A stretch of DNA of 64,000 nucleotides, taken from assembly GCF_009914755.1 (NCBI RefSeq), contig NC_060943.1; one strand, given 5' to 3'. The notes under the pieces were generated by a model. That model saw only the letters and a list, made by a program, of their open reading frames with translations, did not search any database and was not told the origin of the DNA. How positions within the stretch are numbered: position 1 is the first letter of the stretch; the number at the start of each line of letters is the position of its first letter. Below are positions 56,554 through 64,000 of this stretch, one piece after another. This DNA is from the human T2T-CHM13v2.0 reference genome, Homo sapiens. The position numbers were made by a program, and so were the translations under genes.

Positions 56554-56697
56554 CTACAAAAAATTTAAAAATTACCTGGCTATGATGGTGTGTGACTGTG
56601 GTTCTAGCTACTTGGGGGGCTGAGGCAGGAGGACCGCCTGAGCCTGGGAGGTTAAGGCTGCAGTGAGCTGTAATGGTGCCACTGTACTCCAGCCTGA

Positions 56698-57058
<361 letters not shown>

Positions 57059-57318
57059 CTAAGAAGTCAAAAGAAAACAAAAAAAGGTATTGCCCTGGTA
57101 TCTTCCTTCGCATTTCTCCTAAGATGAGGACATTGGTCATCTTTTCATGTGTTTAAGAGCTATTTGCATTTCTTTCTACATAGTTTGTCATTAATCACCT
57201 TTGCCCATTTTTCTGCAATTACTGGTCAGGTGTTGTGTTTTAAAAATGGTGCAATGGGCCAGTGCAGTGGCTCACTCCTGTAATCCCAGCACTTTAGGAG
57301 GCCAAGTCGGGCGGATCA

Positions 57319-57837
<519 letters not shown>

Positions 57838-57921
57838 TCACAGTCCCTTACCTTGTGCAGTGCATTGCCTGGGCCCATCATCCATAACCTTAATATCCTG
57901 GCTTGTGGTTATCTGTGGTGG

Positions 57922-59329
<1,408 letters not shown>

Positions 59330-59923
59330 GTGGCAACTCCTGGGATGATCCTCTCGAAGCACTCAGCCGGGAGCCTGGCCCTGCAGACTCCTACATTATG
59401 AGCCTTTAGAAGACAAAAGAAATGCCCAAAACAAAGCAGTCCAGCTTTGCCTTAGTGATGGCTGTCAAGGGACCCAGTTAATCAATTAGAGATACATCTG
59501 CACTGTGAAGATGTGCATAGTTGGAGGGCAGAAAGTTAAAAATTAAAAGCTTACCAGATAGAGAAAAATCTTTTTTTTTTTTTTTTTCAGGCAGAGTCTT
59601 TCTCTGTCGCCCAGGCTGTGTGCAGTGGTGCCATCTCGGCTCACTGCAACTTCCGCCTCCCGAGTTCAAGCAATTCTCCTGCCTCAGCCTTCTGAGTAGC
59701 TGGGATTACAGGCGCCCACCACCATGCCTGGCTAATTTTTGTATTATTAGTAGAGATGGAGTTTCACCATATTGGCCAGGCTGGTCTCAAACTCCTGACC
59801 ATGTGATCCACCTGCCTCAGCCTCCCAAAGTGTTGGGATTACAGGTGTGAACCACCGTGCCCGGCCAGGAAGATCTTCTGAACAAAAAAGGAAACTTGCA
59901 AGGAATCCTCTTGGAAAATGTAG

Positions 59924-60238
<315 letters not shown>

Positions 60239-60631
60239 TAAAGATAGGGTATCACCATGTTCCCAGGGCTGGTCTCCTGGGCTCAAGCAATCCTTCCGCC
60301 TCAGCTTCCCAAAGTGCTGGGATTACAGGCGTGAGCCACAACACCTAGACAGGCACAGACTCATAGAGTAAGCTCCAAAAAAATTCTCAAGCCACATGCC
60401 ACCTGGAGAGACTACTGTCTGCAAGGGTGTCACAGGAGGCCGTGTGGGGGTCTGGGTTGCCTCCCACCTAGATACTCCAGGATAATCTTCTTGTCTCAAA
60501 ACCTATAACTTCGGCCAGGTGTGGTGGCTCACACCTGTAATTTCAGCAGTTTGGGAGGCTGGGGCAGGAGGATAACTTTAGCTTAGGAATTCGAGACCAG
60601 CCTGGGCAACGTAGGGAGACCTCGTCTCTAA

Positions 60632-61494
<863 letters not shown>

Positions 61495-61884
61495 TAGTTC
61501 TTTTATAATAATAGTGGTCATCATTCTAGTAGTTGTTATCTAATCACATTTTATAATTATTAGTTCTAAAATATTAAGTGCCAAAATAAATAAATAAAAA
61601 AGAAAAAAATAAAAATATAATAAAATCTTAAGTGCCAGGTTCTGGGCTAAGAGATCTAGGTACAGTATCACATCTAATTCTTCCAGCAACTCTCTGGAAT
61701 AGGGACCTTTGCTACCCTGAAGAAACAAGTAGAGACAATAGCGCTAAGAAACAGAGAAGCCTAGGCCGGGTGCAGTGGCTCACGCCTGTAATCCCAACAC
61801 TTTGGGAGGCCTAGGTGGGTAGATCACCTGAGGTCAGGAGTTTGAGACCAGCCTGGCCAACATGATGAAACTCCATTTCTATTA

Positions 61885-62238
<354 letters not shown>

Positions 62239-62412
62239 TTATATATATATATATATATTTGTGGAATGAATGAGTAAATTAATATGTGAAAGAAGCTGTG
62301 GTGTTAAAAAATATTTTAAACAAAAACGATGGCTGGACACGGTGGCTGACGCGTTGAATCCCAGCACTTTGGGAGGCTGAGGTGGGTGGATCACTCAAAA
62401 TACAAAAATTTA

Positions 62413-62637
<225 letters not shown>

Positions 62638-63289
62638 TCACCACCCCAGGATACCCCATTCACAAGCACAAGAAACACAGTTACACTCAGATGCCCCCTT
62701 CTCTGGGCAGAGGTTTCCTAAGACTTTGTATATATTAAGTTTTGTTAATTGCACCTCACTGAAAGGTGTTGGCCCTCTGTGCTCTCCGCCTGCCATGATT
62801 CTGGGATTTTGGTCCTCCCTGGCATCGACCCTGCTGAATCCAGACAGTAGAGACTGGGGAGTTGCTTGTTGGTGTCAGGGGATCTCTGAAAACCATGGGC
62901 TCAGGTTGTGACTTTGCAAATAATACTTCCCGGGGGAACACTGGGCATAGCATTTTTTTTCTTTTTTTGAGACAGAGTCTTGCTCTGTGGCCCAGACTAG
63001 AGCTCAGTGGCATAATCATAGCTCACTGCAGCCTCAACCTCTTTGGCTCAAGTGATTCTCTCCTCTCAGCCTCCCGAGCAGCTGAGACTACAGGCATGTA
63101 CCACGGTGCCTGGATAATGTTTTGTTTATTTTTTATAGAGACGAGGTCTCACTAGGTTGCCCAGGCTGGTCTTAAACTCCTGGCCTCAACTGATCCTTCT
63201 GTCTTGGCCTCCCAAAGTGCTGGGATTCCAGGTGTGAGCCTGGGCATAGATTTTTTATAAGTCAGTGTTTGCCAGATGTCAAATATTTG

Positions 63290-63976
63290 TGCTGTGGCCT
63301 GAATGTTTGTGTCTACCCAAATTTCTGTGTTGAAAGCTAATCCACAGTGTGATGGTATTAAAAGGTGGGATCTTCAGGAGGTAATTAGCTCTTGAGGGTG
63401 GGCCCCTCGTTAATGGGATTAGTGCCCTTGTAAGGGATTGAAGAGACCAGAGTTCTCGCCTTCTGCCACGTGAGGACAGAGTCCAAAGGCACCATGGGCT
63501 GGGCACTGAGGCTCATGCCTGTAATCCCAGCACTTTGGGAAGCTGAAGAGGGAGCATTGTTTGAGCCCAGGAGTTCAAGACCAGCCTGGGTAACAGTGTG
63601 AAACCCCATCTCTACAAAAAATATAAGAACTAGCCAGGTGTGATGGTGGGTGCCAGTAGTCCCAGCTACTCAGGAGGCTGAAGTGGGAGGATCGCTTGAG
63701 CCCGGGAAGTTAAGGCTGCAGTGAGCTGAGATCGTGCCACTGCACCCCAGCCTGGGGGACAGAGCAAGACCCTGTGTCAAAAAAACAAAAACAAAAACAA
63801 ACCAAAAAAACCCACCATCTATGAACCAGAGAATGTGCCCTCACCAGACACCAAATCTACTGGTGCTTTGGTCTTGGACTTCCCAGCATCCAGAACGGTG
63901 AGAAATACATTTCTGTTGTTTATTGAAATACCCAGCTTATGGTATTTTGCTACAGCAGTCCAAAGGGACTAAGACA
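63290..63976 (+). mobile_element. MaLR solo LTR (MSTD/MLT1A-like) with an internal Alu
   Basis: TGCTGTGGCCTGAATGTTTGTG...GACTAAGACA, with near-TSD ATTTG/GTTTG. Confidence 0.75.
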
Positions 63977-64000
63977 GTTTGTAAGTGGATCTCCTTTGAA

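Overview
Human (primate) genomic DNA, extremely Alu-rich, matching the SARS2-MRPS12-FBXO17 locus (chr19q13 from recall). It contains SARS2 coding exons 1-3 (minus strand; the gene runs off the left edge), head-to-head with the complete MRPS12 gene (plus, 138 aa) across a CpG-island promoter with four CCAAT boxes. FBXO17 (minus, 278 aa, five coding exons plus two candidate first exons) is complete. A 6.67-kb, internally deleted HERV-K(HML-3)/HERVK9 provirus with MER9-type LTRs and a CCAGAG target-site duplication lies between MRPS12 and the FBXO17 stop codon, co-oriented with FBXO17 and SARS2. The most interesting inference is that the provirus inserted into the FBXO17 3' UTR. Its 5' LTR supplies the first canonical poly(A) signal, a probable ancestral AATAAA is stranded about 320 bp beyond the provirus, and its intact splice donor (ATG|GTGAGT) is in frame with SARS2 exon 2, as is FBXO17 exon 5. 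Other points: a G-rich two-unit VNTR in FBXO17 intron 4, an L2-derived alternative FBXO17 exon that would mask an N-myristoylation motif, scars of a ~1-kb inversion and a ~40-bp micro-inversion, and a young AluYa5. I found no new protein-coding gene, RNA gene or CRISPR array; most listed ORFs are Alu or repeat artefacts. Repeat subfamily names come from recall of consensus sequences and were not searched.
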